A stretch of DNA of 49,368 bases, from the IMG/VR virus record IMGVR_UViG_3300020045_009349, positions 1-49,368 of that record; one strand, written 5' to 3'. The DNA comes from a virus. Its lineage: Duplodnaviria > Caudoviricetes. Of this stretch, positions 16,617-25,691 are shown in pieces; position 1 is the stretch's first letter; each line of letters starts with the position of its first letter. Under the pieces are notes generated by a model. The model was not told where the DNA came from, searched no databases, and worked only from the letters and a program-made list of their open reading frames with translations. A program made the translations under genes and the position numbers.

Positions 16617-16637
16617 TATTTATAATTATTCTAAATA
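16617..16637. promoter_or_regulatory. Fur-box-like palindrome just upstream of the repressor ATG
   Basis: TATTTATAATTATTCTAAATA; sister copies at 25625 and 39824. Confidence 0.6.
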
Positions 16638-16645
16638 ATTTAATA

Positions 16646-17044
16646 ATGGAAAACATAGGTGATAGACTAACTCAGCTTCTTAAAAATAAAGGAGTTACCC
16701 GATATGTAGTGAGTGAATACACCGGTATTTCAGAATCTACATTGAGCCGCATTATAAATAAAAACAGCAAGCCAAATATAGAAAATTGCAAATTGCTTGC
16801 AAATTACTTTAATGTTTCAGAGGAATGGTTATTGACTGGTTCTGGTGAAAAAGAACTCATGCATAAGTTATTGGAACCTATGTCCAGGTATGAAAATCAG
16901 GAAATAAATAACAAGAATGATTCATCCCAAAAAGAGATTGACAACGACATATCGGCCGTTAGTAGATTAGCAAAAATGTTGGATGAAGCTTATGAGGAAA
17001 TTAAATCATTGCGTCAGGAATTAGAGCGAAAAAAAAACATTTGA
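16646..17044 (+). CDS. CI-like XRE-family repressor without an S24 peptidase domain
   Basis: IGDRL...SEYTGISESTLSRII...LLANYFNVSEEWLLTGSGE; C-terminal coiled coil. Confidence 0.9.
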   Translation: MENIGDRLTQLLKNKGVTRYVVSEYTGISESTLSRIINKNSKPNIENCKLLANYFNVSEEWLLTGSGEKELMHKLLEPMSRYENQEINNKNDSSQKEIDNDISAVSRLAKMLDEAYEEIKSLRQELERKKNI

Positions 17045-17246
17045 ATTTTTAAATTTAAAATTGTGAAGTAGGCAAATATCAGTTTGCAAATTAACGTGGC
17101 ACATTGTTTTTTAGGGGACATTTTAAACGTTTTTTAATTATAAAATAAATGTACTATTATAAAATCGTTTCAAAATGTGGTTTCCCTCATTTTAAAAAAG
17201 AGTATAAATCAATTTAATTAGCATCAACAAGTTAAAAATATAAATT

Positions 17247-17801
17247 ATGAAAAAAATTGTTTTAATATTGATTTTGTCAGTTAGCACTTATGGTTTTGGC
17301 CAAGATGTTAATTTCAAATTCACAAAAGAAGGTTTTACAGATTATGTAGTTTCGCCTGTAGAAAACAAGACCCAAACCGATATTTATTCCAAAACATTGC
17401 AGTGGGTTTCGCTGGCATTCAAAGAACCAAGAGACGTTATAAAAGCAACCATCGAGAATGAATACATCCGTATAGAAGGGTATAGCAAAGAATTGATCTG
17501 TTACAGTTACATGGGTAAAAGATGCGGTGACACAAAATACGAAATCGAAATTTCGTTCAAAGACGGAAAGTACAAGTTTGATGTTTTGAGCATTTCGGAA
17601 TACAACAATACATCGCCATCGATTATGTGGACCAACTTTGATATTGTAAACACATCTGGTTATTTTGACAAGAAAGGATCCGTAAAAAGTTCCTATAAAT
17701 TTATTGCAGAAACAGTTCCAGGATATTTTAATAATTTGAACTTAGACTTGAAATCCTATTTGGTTAGCGAAACAATTCCAAGTAAAAAAAGCGATTGGTA
17801 A
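17247..17801 (+). CDS. Exported DUF4468-like protein
   Basis: Signal peptide MKKIVLILILSVSTYGFGQ; IYSKTLQWV...YEIEISFKDGKYKF...C-terminal DW. Confidence 0.75.
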   Translation: MKKIVLILILSVSTYGFGQDVNFKFTKEGFTDYVVSPVENKTQTDIYSKTLQWVSLAFKEPRDVIKATIENEYIRIEGYSKELICYSYMGKRCGDTKYEIEISFKDGKYKFDVLSISEYNNTSPSIMWTNFDIVNTSGYFDKKGSVKSSYKFIAETVPGYFNNLNLDLKSYLVSETIPSKKSDW

Positions 17802-18052
17802 TGGAGACTATTGACGAAAGAATACTTCGGCTAATTAGCCTTTTGAAGTATCAAAAAAAGATTCAAACGCTGGAGGAATTTTATAAAGAAATCAATACCA
17901 TCCGGCAAACAATCTATAAAATAAAGAATGACGAGGCGAGCTTTACCGTTTCGCAAATCAGTATTATTTGTAAAAAATATAAGGTAAATGCCAACTGGAT
18001 TTTTGGCACCCAGAAAAATGTTTTTACAACCGAAAACAGCGTGGAAATTTAA
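17795..18052 (+). CDS. Small HTH (XRE-like) protein
   Basis: RQTIYKIKN...FTVSQISIICKKYKVNANWIFG. Confidence 0.7.
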   Translation: MVMETIDERILRLISLLKYQKKIQTLEEFYKEINTIRQTIYKIKNDEASFTVSQISIICKKYKVNANWIFGTQKNVFTTENSVEI

Positions 18053-19239
18053 AAATACTTACTCAATTCGATTGCTTTGTCGGTGTTGCTTTTTCCCATA
18101 TACGTTAGAAAAGTAGATTCTTTCATGTGTCCGGTGGCGCTCATAAGCAAAGCCGTGGGTATTTTACCGTAAAAGTTTGTGGCAAAGGAACGCCGGCCAA
18201 TATGTGAAGTCACGAGCTCATGTTTTGGATATTCTTTCAGCACTTTTCTTTTATTTATCATTTTACCACCATATACCATTTCTTCTATTTTGGCTTTTTT
18301 ACAAACTGTTTTTATCAAAACATTATAATCCGGATCAGTAAACTTTTTAGGAAAATTATAGCCTCTTTTGTTTAAAATTGTGATTACTTTTTTATGAAGT
18401 GGTAATGTCATTATCTTGCCTGTTTTTTGTTGCACAAACTCGATCAGGTTGACTCCGTTTTCCTTTCTTATCATATCTGTAGTAAAACGCATAAAATCAG
18501 AAACTCGCTGGGCTGTGTAGCAAGAAATCAAAAGCCAGTCCCTAGCGTTATCCTGGTCCTCAATTTTGAGCGTTACTTTTTCAATCTCTTCGAGTTCCTG
18601 CTCGTTCAGATAAATGCTAATTGCTTTTTTCTGGATAATCTTTATATCTTCAACTTCAAAATTTATTTGAAGCCCTTTTTTTCGAGCGTGATTGCAGATA
18701 GCCTTGATCTCTTTGAGGTTGTTGTGAATGGTGTTTTCGGCATATCCATTTTCAAGATTGTATTTTTCGAATTCATTTTTAAATTCATTGTTTACATTCT
18801 TGATCAAATAGATTTTCCTGTATAATTTTTGCATTTTAAGCAGCTTATTCTGGACCACTTTTATTTTCATTACCGTTCTATGATGTAGTTCCTCGCCACG
18901 CTCTTTGATATAATAATCAAAATAGTTGACCACGTCCAGAGGAATATCAACTTTTAAAGCCGGGTTTATAAAATTCTTTAACCAAATTAAATTTACCTGT
19001 TCATTAGAACTATTAAAATGTTTTAGTAAATTTGTCTTCAAGTTTTGTAAATCAGTATCCAGATTTTTAAAACTTTCGTTTTTCAAGTTCTTTGGTTTTT
19101 GTTTCGCTTGGCTCCAATCCGATGGATTAATGACATAATTTGTCGTAGTTTGGATATCAAATTTTCTACCATCTTTAAACCGGATATAAATCTTGGATGG
19201 ACTTGTATTTGTTTGAAGAGAGAAGTTTACGGTTGCCAT
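18049..19239 (-). CDS. int: Phage tyrosine integrase
   Basis: Arm-binding N-terminus (IYIRF...INPSDW); catalytic R (TAQRVSD), K (QKTG), HIGR, TGH, Y (FLTYM). Start set at MATVNF because the longer ORF start lies in an arm repeat. Confidence 0.95.
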   Translation of the reverse strand: MATVNFSLQTNTSPSKIYIRFKDGRKFDIQTTTNYVINPSDWSQAKQKPKNLKNESFKNLDTDLQNLKTNLLKHFNSSNEQVNLIWLKNFINPALKVDIPLDVVNYFDYYIKERGEELHHRTVMKIKVVQNKLLKMQKLYRKIYLIKNVNNEFKNEFEKYNLENGYAENTIHNNLKEIKAICNHARKKGLQINFEVEDIKIIQKKAISIYLNEQELEEIEKVTLKIEDQDNARDWLLISCYTAQRVSDFMRFTTDMIRKENGVNLIEFVQQKTGKIMTLPLHKKVITILNKRGYNFPKKFTDPDYNVLIKTVCKKAKIEEMVYGGKMINKRKVLKEYPKHELVTSHIGRRSFATNFYGKIPTALLMSATGHMKESTFLTYMGKSNTDKAIELSKYF

Positions 19240-19269
19240 ACGATTGCATTTAAAAAAACAAATATAATT

Positions 19270-19498
19270 AATTCCCCACATATCCCCCACATTTGATTAA
19301 ATGTTTTTAAACGTGGTTGAATTAAAATGTATTTAAAATCCTTTTACATATTGATTTTATTGATTTTTTAGTAAAATTAAATAAACTTGATAAAAATAAA
19401 GTGAATCCAGTCAAGGTCACTTTTAAAAAACGGTAATCCTAATAAAATAAAGGGCTGCCGTTTTTTTATGAAATAAAATTCCCCACATATCCCCCACA
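19270..19498. other. attP
   Basis: 22-bp direct repeat AATTCCCCACATATCCCCCACA at 19270-19291 and 19477-19498 flanks the tRNA-3'-like core TGAATCCAGTCAAGGTCAC (19402-19420) and a plus-strand terminator (19425-19467). Confidence 0.8.
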
Positions 19499-19501
19499 AA
19501 G

Positions 19502-19533
19502 TTTTAAAGTGGTCAAATTCGACCACTTTAAAA
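19502..19533. repeat. Perfect 13-bp inverted repeat TTTTAAAGTGGTC-N6-GACCACTTTAAAA
   Basis: Seen directly next to the attP right arm. Confidence 0.7.
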
Positions 19534-19534
19534 T

Positions 19535-19561
19535 AAAAAATCCCGCTATTGCTAACGGGAG
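19535..19561 (-). terminator. Terminator of the late/lysis operon
   Basis: TCCCGTTAGCAATAGCGGGA followed by TTTTTT on the minus strand. Confidence 0.7.
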
Positions 19562-19589
19562 ATTTTAACTAAATTCAAACTAAATAAAT

Positions 19590-20321
19590 TTACTGTGTAA
19601 CAAATAAATAAGCACTTGCTGCAATAACCACTCCGGTGGTAATCTTCCAGAAATTCTTTTTATTGCGTTCCTTCTTAAATATTTTTTCACTTGCCTTGAC
19701 TGTAGCTTCTTGGCTTTCGAACGCCTTATTGATTTCAACGATGGATAAATGAAGGTTGACGTTTTGTTGCTCGGAATTAGCAATTACCTTATCTTGGTCC
19801 TTAACTATTGTTTTCTGCTTTTGAAGGTCGGATTTTACGATTACCATTTCTTCTTTTGCCCCGTCGCAAACTACTTGTTCAGATATATTTTGTTTCGCGA
19901 TGGTATCGGATAGCGCAACCCCATATTGGGTAACGACTACCCCTTTTTTATCATTGTATCTCGATTGGAAGTATTTTGCTATGTCTGTAGTTTTATAGTG
20001 ACTTATAGCGGCTAATTGCGTGTTGACTTTTATTTTCAATCGTGAAATTTCCACTTGGCTTTTTATGGAATCCTTTTGTAGCAAGACAATATTTTTAAGC
20101 AGTTTAATTTTTACTTTTTCAAGGCTGTCGGCTTTGTTTATGAATTCCTTGGCATTCTGCTTGTATTGCTTCGTCACTTCTTTTTGCGTGTCCACGGCCA
20201 ATGACAATTGATCGTTGTCGTTACATTTTGAGAAAAGGAAAAGAAGCGAAAGCACCAAGGCGATATGCGCCCAATATTTCAGGGCAAAATCTTTTGAGGT
20301 AATCAGGTTTATTTGTTTCAT
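19590..20321 (-). CDS. Spanin-like lysis accessory protein
   Basis: Hydrophobic N-terminus ending FSKC, long coiled coil, C-terminal TM helix; directly after the endolysin. Confidence 0.6.
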   Translation of the reverse strand: MKQINLITSKDFALKYWAHIALVLSLLFLFSKCNDNDQLSLAVDTQKEVTKQYKQNAKEFINKADSLEKVKIKLLKNIVLLQKDSIKSQVEISRLKIKVNTQLAAISHYKTTDIAKYFQSRYNDKKGVVVTQYGVALSDTIAKQNISEQVVCDGAKEEMVIVKSDLQKQKTIVKDQDKVIANSEQQNVNLHLSIVEINKAFESQEATVKASEKIFKKERNKKNFWKITTGVVIAASAYLFVTQ

Positions 20322-20326
20322 AATTT

Positions 20327-20872
20327 TTAAATTAATTTTTCGTAACGTTCTACAATTTCGGCAATTTTCAAGGCCAAAGACATTTTATTTTGTTGGTATT
20401 TTTGCAAATCATCAGGATTAGAAATGAAACAGATTTCAAGAAGCGCCACTGTTCCTTGTTCGCGCATCAAACCTAAACTTCCACGGTGACTGTCGGCTTC
20501 GGTTTTAACGCCTCGGTTTTTGATTCCAAGGATTGAAGCATTGGCATCCACCAGTTCTTTTGCAAAAGCTTTGTCTAAACGGTCCGCATCATTTCCAATT
20601 AATACAGTGCTTCCGGTTGCACTGGAAGAAGCTGCAGCGTCGAAATGAAATTCTAACACTACAGAAGCATTACCTGTTTTTATTCTATCGAGATAAGTTC
20701 CAAGGCGCTCATCATCTTTGTCTATTGTTACCGGTATCTTTTTACCTAACAAAAAAGCAACTACTAAGTTCCGGAACTCCACTGCCAAGTCTGCTTCTTG
20801 AAATCCGTTTCCGATTGCTCCTGGATCTACTTTAATACCTTTGGGATTGTGCCCAGCTGAAATGAATATCAT
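20327..20872 (-). CDS. Endolysin, N-acetylmuramoyl-L-alanine amidase (Amidase_3)
   Basis: ISAGH...DPGA...E...LEFHFDA...LLEICFISN; likely start MIFISAGH. Confidence 0.93.
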   Translation of the reverse strand: MIFISAGHNPKGIKVDPGAIGNGFQEADLAVEFRNLVVAFLLGKKIPVTIDKDDERLGTYLDRIKTGNASVVLEFHFDAAASSSATGSTVLIGNDADRLDKAFAKELVDANASILGIKNRGVKTEADSHRGSLGLMREQGTVALLEICFISNPDDLQKYQQNKMSLALKIAEIVERYEKLI

Positions 20873-20888
20873 ATTGTTATAGTTTAGA

Positions 20889-21101
20889 TTAATTGTTTTT
20901 AAGGCTATCAATAGCCATTGAGTTTTGAGTAATTTTATATGATACTTCATCTAAAAGAAGCTGCCTTTTGTTTTGCAACAGCGTTATTTTGCCGGAACTA
21001 ATAGACGACTGAACATTGAGTGTTATTTTAGGCTCCGTTTTAAATAAATTTGCGATAAAAAGTATCGTCGCAAAAAGCGTTATGGCTAATAGATTTTTCA
21101 T
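20889..21101 (-). CDS. Small membrane/exported protein in the lysis cluster
   Basis: N-terminal hydrophobic helix. Confidence 0.6.
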   Translation of the reverse strand: MKNLLAITLFATILFIANLFKTEPKITLNVQSSISSGKITLLQNKRQLLLDEVSYKITQNSMAIDSLKNN

Positions 21102-21475
21102 TTTCTTTTGTTTAATCTTTGGATTTCCCTTTCGTTCTCCAAAGCGATTTGCTGTATCTTTTTAAGTTCTGAAATTTCTCCTTCCAATCGATTGATTTTC
21201 CACTCTTCAAGTTCTTTAATTTTATTAGTAAGAATATTGACATTAGTGCTATTTCGATTATAATTGACAATGTTTGCATTATTGATTTGGATTTGATTGT
21301 ATATGGCAAAAATGAAAAGCATCGTGGTAAAGATTATCCAGCGTAGGTTTAGCTTTGTGTAATCAGTTTTTTTTGTCCACCATTTATCTATTTTTAGAAC
21401 CAAGTCAAAACAACCCATACAAAATTTAATAATTGGTTGCGATAACTTAACGAAAAACAGCGTGACGAAATCCAT
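21098..21475 (-). CDS. Membrane protein (holin/antiholin-like)
   Basis: One TM helix plus C-terminal coiled coil, in the lysis cluster. Confidence 0.55.
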   Translation of the reverse strand: MDFVTLFFVKLSQPIIKFCMGCFDLVLKIDKWWTKKTDYTKLNLRWIIFTTMLFIFAIYNQIQINNANIVNYNRNSTNVNILTNKIKELEEWKINRLEGEISELKKIQQIALENEREIQRLNKRK

Positions 21476-21476
21476 A

Positions 21477-21719
21477 TTAAGCTTCGGTTTTTGTTTCGAA
21501 TTTCTTTCCTACTTCGGTAATTCCCAATAACAAGATTAAAAACCCCAATAGCGAAGTGAATAATTGGATTGCGTAAATGTTTACCGACAAATTAAAAACT
21601 ATCGATATAATACCTATAAAAACTACCAATACCAGAATCACGGCAAAAGTTATAATGGCAATAACTCGCTTAATACTGTAGGTTCCGTTTTCCTTTAAAA
21701 TGTCATTTTTTATACTCAT
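21477..21719 (-). CDS. Putative holin (2 TM)
   Basis: 80 aa, two hydrophobic helices, charged C-terminus. Confidence 0.65.
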   Translation of the reverse strand: MSIKNDILKENGTYSIKRVIAIITFAVILVLVVFIGIISIVFNLSVNIYAIQLFTSLLGFLILLLGITEVGKKFETKTEA

Positions 21720-21724
21720 AATTT

Positions 21725-22040
21725 CTAATATTTCGCAAATAATATGCAGTTGTATGTCTTGTGCGTATAACTCCCTATGTGTGTGAAATTCCCTAAAATT
21801 ACGTTCTTGTGCTTTTCGCTATTCATGTAATTGTTTACTCAACTCCATTTTGATAGCTTTTTGCTTGCTTAATTCAGTTAGGAGTTTTTCTGATTTCAAT
21901 TCATTTAAACTCCTATTCCTCCGTTCATCATTTATTATTTTAGTTATTGTATCGTTTGTTGTCATCTCCTGTGGGATATATTTAATTTCTTCTACATTTG
22001 TGCAGGAAATAAATATCAGGAAAATGATTAGCGTTTTCAT
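21725..22040 (-). pseudogene. CAP/SCP-domain lipoprotein with internal deletion and frameshift
   Basis: Lipobox FISC and INDERRNRSLNELK (CAP N-terminus); a second frame continues YMNSEKHKNVILGNFTHIG...FAKY* (CAP C-terminus). Confidence 0.7.
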
Positions 22041-22384
22041 TTATCTATGCTTTTTGCTGCGTGATTTTTATCTAATTTATCCAAAATCCAAACTAATATT
22101 TTACCCGTTTTAGAAAGTGTTTTATCTCTTTCGTTTTTTCCCAGCACTCCCGAAATAGTTTCTTTTAAATCTCCAAAAGCATGACCGTTTTCAGTTTTTA
22201 AAGTTTTGTTCAAAAGCGTTCTAAACTCCCTATTTCCAAACTTATCTAAGTTGATTGCCGAACTTTTGAAATAGCCTTTTTTGTTTTTTACCACACAATA
22301 ATTAATCAAAGTCAATGGCAAGAAAAGAACGTAGGCTATTGCGAATAGTAAAAACCCCATTATACTGTTGGTGTAAATTCCCAA
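22037..22384 (-). CDS. Conserved phage membrane protein
   Basis: N-terminal TM; AINLDKFGN...ETISGVLGKN...LDKNH. Confidence 0.75.
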   Translation of the reverse strand: MGIYTNSIMGFLLFAIAYVLFLPLTLINYCVVKNKKGYFKSSAINLDKFGNREFRTLLNKTLKTENGHAFGDLKETISGVLGKNERDKTLSKTGKILVWILDKLDKNHAAKSIDK

Positions 22385-22734
22385 TCATTGGGAGCTAAGC
22401 CATAAATAGTTGTACCACTTGGCAATAAGTTTGTTTGAGTATCAATCAACAAAGCGATTTGTCTTTTTTTCCACTCCTTTTCAGTTTTTGAAAGACCGTT
22501 AATTAAAGCTGAAAAATTCGCTTCGATATAAGCATCTAAACCATTGATTTGTTCATTGGTATAAAACACTTCTTTAGCGTTGTTTATCACTAATTCATTA
22601 TCAACTTTTGCCCAGTCATTTACTAAAAAATTAGTGCCCAAATCCGTTGTAATCAAAGGAATAGCTTCAACAACGATTACTCCGTTTTTGTCATTTCTTG
22701 CCCCGTAAACAATAGGCTGTTTTGTCTGTATCAT
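22360..22734 (-). CDS. Tail-fibre-associated protein (chaperone-like)
   Basis: Follows the tail fibre; likely start MIQTKQP. Confidence 0.6.
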   Translation of the reverse strand: MIQTKQPIVYGARNDKNGVIVVEAIPLITTDLGTNFLVNDWAKVDNELVINNAKEVFYTNEQINGLDAYIEANFSALINGLSKTEKEWKKRQIALLIDTQTNLLPSGTTIYGLAPNDWEFTPTV

Positions 22735-22744
22735 AATTTTACAA

Positions 22745-25582
22745 TTAAGGTTTATGAAATATTGTTCTGTTTCCAGTAAGCTTATAAGAAGCACCTTGTG
22801 GTAAATTAGTATCTGCGTCTGCTGCTGCATCATCAGCATAAATAGGAATAGACACATAAATGTGATAGCCGTTTTCGTCGACGTACTCTCGTAAGGTTTC
22901 AGTTTGCATATCTGTGCCGGACGTTAATTTTTGACCTGTCCACACTTCCCATCGACTTTTTCCTGTTCCTTTTCCCGTTCCGGCTTTATTCTTAAGAGTG
23001 CCTCCGTCAAGATTTTCAGTACCTAAAGCATTATTTATTTTTTTATAAATATCACCTCCATTTACAGTTGCGTAGACATCTCCGATACTATTAACAGCTA
23101 AGGCATACCATACCCGTGAAGTTTGACCCAACGCAACAAAACTTCCAGTTCCATTGGTCTGTTTGTAAATATCGCCGTTATTAACAGTTGCATAAATATC
23201 CCCGTTCGTAGCAGCTGCAATTCCCCACCATACCCGTGAAGTTTGGCCTAATGCCACAAAATTACCTGTTCCTGCCGTTTGCATATAAACATCACCATTG
23301 CTTACAGTTGCGTAAATATTTCCATTTGGCGCAGCAGCCAAACCCCTCCAAGTTCTTGAAGTTTGACCTAACGCAACAAAACTTCCCGTTCCATTGGTCT
23401 GTTTATAGATATCACCGCCCTCTGACGATACATAAACATTACCATTTGATGCAATTGCTAATCCCCATAAATAAGGTGTAATTGTTTGTATTAAGTTAAA
23501 ACTTCCCGTTCCGGCTGTTTGCATATAAATTTTTCCATCATCACAAACTGCGTAAACATTGCCATTTGAGTGGAAAGCAATTTTTTTCAATGCTGTAATA
23601 TTATATCCCATAGAGATAAAATTACCAGTATTATTGGTTTGCTTGTAAATATCGTTAGACGCTACCGCATAAACATTATTAGAAAAATCAACAGCTACAC
23701 CATCGTATGCCCTGACAGTTTGGTTTAATCCAACAAAATTCGCGTTATCAACAAAATTAATTGTCCTTCCTGCTGAAATCGTCAAGTCTTGTCCAACAAC
23801 CGTAGAGGAAGATTGTTCTACTCCAAATTCTCTCGCATTTTGATTCCCTAATGTAATATCCTTTGTCGGTGTATTAACTGTTCCAATGCCGAAAAAAGTT
23901 CCAGTATCCCACAATCTTGAAATACCAATAGTTGTAGCTGTCAAAAATTTTGACAAGTAATTTGCAGTTCCTGATGGATTCGCCATTTTAGTCGCAATAC
24001 TTGCATTTATGGCTGTCAAATCTGTATTGTCCAATAAAGTACCGTCCCTGTTTTGCAAGGTGTAAGTTCTTGCCGCCGTGTTTGCATTCGTGAATAGTGA
24101 AGTAAAAGTGTTGGCTATATTTCGAAGCCCAAATTTTCCCGCTAAAAATGTTTTCAATCCGCTAACTTCTTGAACAGATGCCAATACCATATCACCACCA
24201 GCTCCAACTGATGGATGCGTATGCGAAGTAATTTCACCAGTAAGTTCCGCCTCAATTTCAGCCTTGGTAATGTCGCTGTTTTTTTGTGCATTATTCGGTG
24301 CTGTTGAGGGCGTAAATCCTAAAGCCGCAATCACATTGGCATAAGTTAAATTATATAAGAATCTGGCAACTGTCCAATATAGGTTTGTGCTTCCTTCTGG
24401 TAAGGCGTCTGTAGTAGAAGCTCCTGTTGCACCACCCACAATCCATCCTGCTTCATTATCCCAAATCCATTCTTTCGCATCAACTCCTATTCCTGAATCT
24501 ACAATCGCATAATCCCCATCTATGGCTGCAGGATGCGCCGTTGTCAACGCTCCTGACGATGTGTATTTTCCTTTAAAATGTTGGTTGTACGCGGATGAGT
24601 CGAGTTTTGATCCAAGTAAAACATCAGCTTCTGATTTTGTATATCGATCTGCTAATTCTTCGGTCAATCCATCAACATCTAATATTTCTACTGAAGAAAC
24701 TGCGTTTATAATACCAATATAATCGTACCAACCGCTAGCATTAGTGTTAATTCGATAGATGAATTCAATGACTTCTTTTGGTTTTAATACAAAATCAACT
24801 AAGTTTGGGAACATCAGTTTTACAGAAGCAAGACTGCTATTGTGTACTAATGTAATAGCCGTCGATTGATTGTTTCTTAAAGTTAATTTTCGCCCTGGAA
24901 ACAATGCATTTGATGAAGCAACATAAGAAACGCCACCGAATGAGGTATATGTTCCATCAAAAACAATTGAATTGTATTTTGATTTTCCAAAATAATGAAA
25001 ATCAATAACACCACTGCCTTGTAGTAACACGTGTGATTTATCGACTTTCGGAATATAATCGCCATTTATAATTGGAACGCTTGGTATTCCTATTACCGTA
25101 TCATCGACATCAATTTCAGAAATAAAAACAGTACCTATTGGAGTATTTGGCTGTATTCTTATCGTTTCTGATTCATTCCCTTTTATTAAAACAATTTGGT
25201 TTAATTGGTTCGCCACCAAAATATCTGTTCTTAAATAACCGACTTCACATAATGTTTCAGGAATATTGGTATCTGCTACTGTTGCGTAGTTTGTTCCTCC
25301 ATAAATCCAAGAGGCTCCACTTGGTATATTTAATACTAATCCAGAAACTGTTACGTCTCCAATGCTTAATAATTGGCTAAATGTTTTTTCAACAACAGAA
25401 TCAACTACTTTTTGAATTGTCACACTTTCCGAAGTTCCTCCTCTTGAAACGTGAATTTTCGAAGCTGGATCTAAAGTTGATTGAATTGGTAACTCGTCAA
25501 TTTTCTTGGCATTAGTTCCTATTGCATTTAATGCAGTGGTGATAGCTGCCAATCTTTCGGTTACAAATGTTTGAAAACTCAT
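22745..25582 (-). CDS. Tail fibre / receptor-binding protein with a six-repeat beta-propeller
   Basis: G/T/A-rich fibre; TTDALPEGSTNLY motif; six ~40-aa repeats. Start MSFQTF lies just downstream of a promoter. Confidence 0.85.
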   Translation of the reverse strand: MSFQTFVTERLAAITTALNAIGTNAKKIDELPIQSTLDPASKIHVSRGGTSESVTIQKVVDSVVEKTFSQLLSIGDVTVSGLVLNIPSGASWIYGGTNYATVADTNIPETLCEVGYLRTDILVANQLNQIVLIKGNESETIRIQPNTPIGTVFISEIDVDDTVIGIPSVPIINGDYIPKVDKSHVLLQGSGVIDFHYFGKSKYNSIVFDGTYTSFGGVSYVASSNALFPGRKLTLRNNQSTAITLVHNSSLASVKLMFPNLVDFVLKPKEVIEFIYRINTNASGWYDYIGIINAVSSVEILDVDGLTEELADRYTKSEADVLLGSKLDSSAYNQHFKGKYTSSGALTTAHPAAIDGDYAIVDSGIGVDAKEWIWDNEAGWIVGGATGASTTDALPEGSTNLYWTVARFLYNLTYANVIAALGFTPSTAPNNAQKNSDITKAEIEAELTGEITSHTHPSVGAGGDMVLASVQEVSGLKTFLAGKFGLRNIANTFTSLFTNANTAARTYTLQNRDGTLLDNTDLTAINASIATKMANPSGTANYLSKFLTATTIGISRLWDTGTFFGIGTVNTPTKDITLGNQNAREFGVEQSSSTVVGQDLTISAGRTINFVDNANFVGLNQTVRAYDGVAVDFSNNVYAVASNDIYKQTNNTGNFISMGYNITALKKIAFHSNGNVYAVCDDGKIYMQTAGTGSFNLIQTITPYLWGLAIASNGNVYVSSEGGDIYKQTNGTGSFVALGQTSRTWRGLAAAPNGNIYATVSNGDVYMQTAGTGNFVALGQTSRVWWGIAAATNGDIYATVNNGDIYKQTNGTGSFVALGQTSRVWYALAVNSIGDVYATVNGGDIYKKINNALGTENLDGGTLKNKAGTGKGTGKSRWEVWTGQKLTSGTDMQTETLREYVDENGYHIYVSIPIYADDAAADADTNLPQGASYKLTGNRTIFHKP
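23040..23745 (-). repeat. Six ~120-bp intragenic repeats
   Basis: Unit of the type (S/N)FVALGQTSRxWxGxAxxxNGxxYAxxxxGDIY(K/M)QTxGTG. Confidence 0.85.
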
Positions 25583-25601
25583 TTTAAAAGGATTTTGTTT
25601 C

Positions 25602-25648
25602 AACAAATGTAATAAATAATGTTCTATTTAGATTCATTCTAAATAATA
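25602..25648 (-). promoter_or_regulatory. Tail-fibre promoter: -7 box, operator and Fur-box-like palindrome
   Basis: TACATTTG (25604-25611); TATTTAGATTCATTCTAAATA (25625-25645); 41/47 identical to 39801-39847. Confidence 0.7.
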
Positions 25649-25691
25649 AATTATTAAAATAGAGATGATTTAATATCGTAACTTTGTGATT

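Noticed and set aside
18049-19239. Integrase as an integron integrase (IntI)
   Set aside because: It has an N-terminal arm-binding domain and sits by an attP with arm repeats, 17 kb from the array. I see no IntI-type signature. An HMM check is still advisable.
19240-19290. N-terminal extension of the integrase (MGDMWG...)
   Set aside because: It is translated from the attP arm repeat; MATVNF is the more plausible start.
23040-23745. 120-bp repeats as a DGR template/variable pair or a CRISPR array
   Set aside because: They are in-frame coding repeats with no adenine-specific mismatch pattern evident, no spacers and no reverse transcriptase in the window.
24225-24235. Single HxH (SHTH) motif near here in the tail fibre as an iron-binding 'Trojan horse' site
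   Set aside because: One HxH is common in fibres and too weak to support alone.
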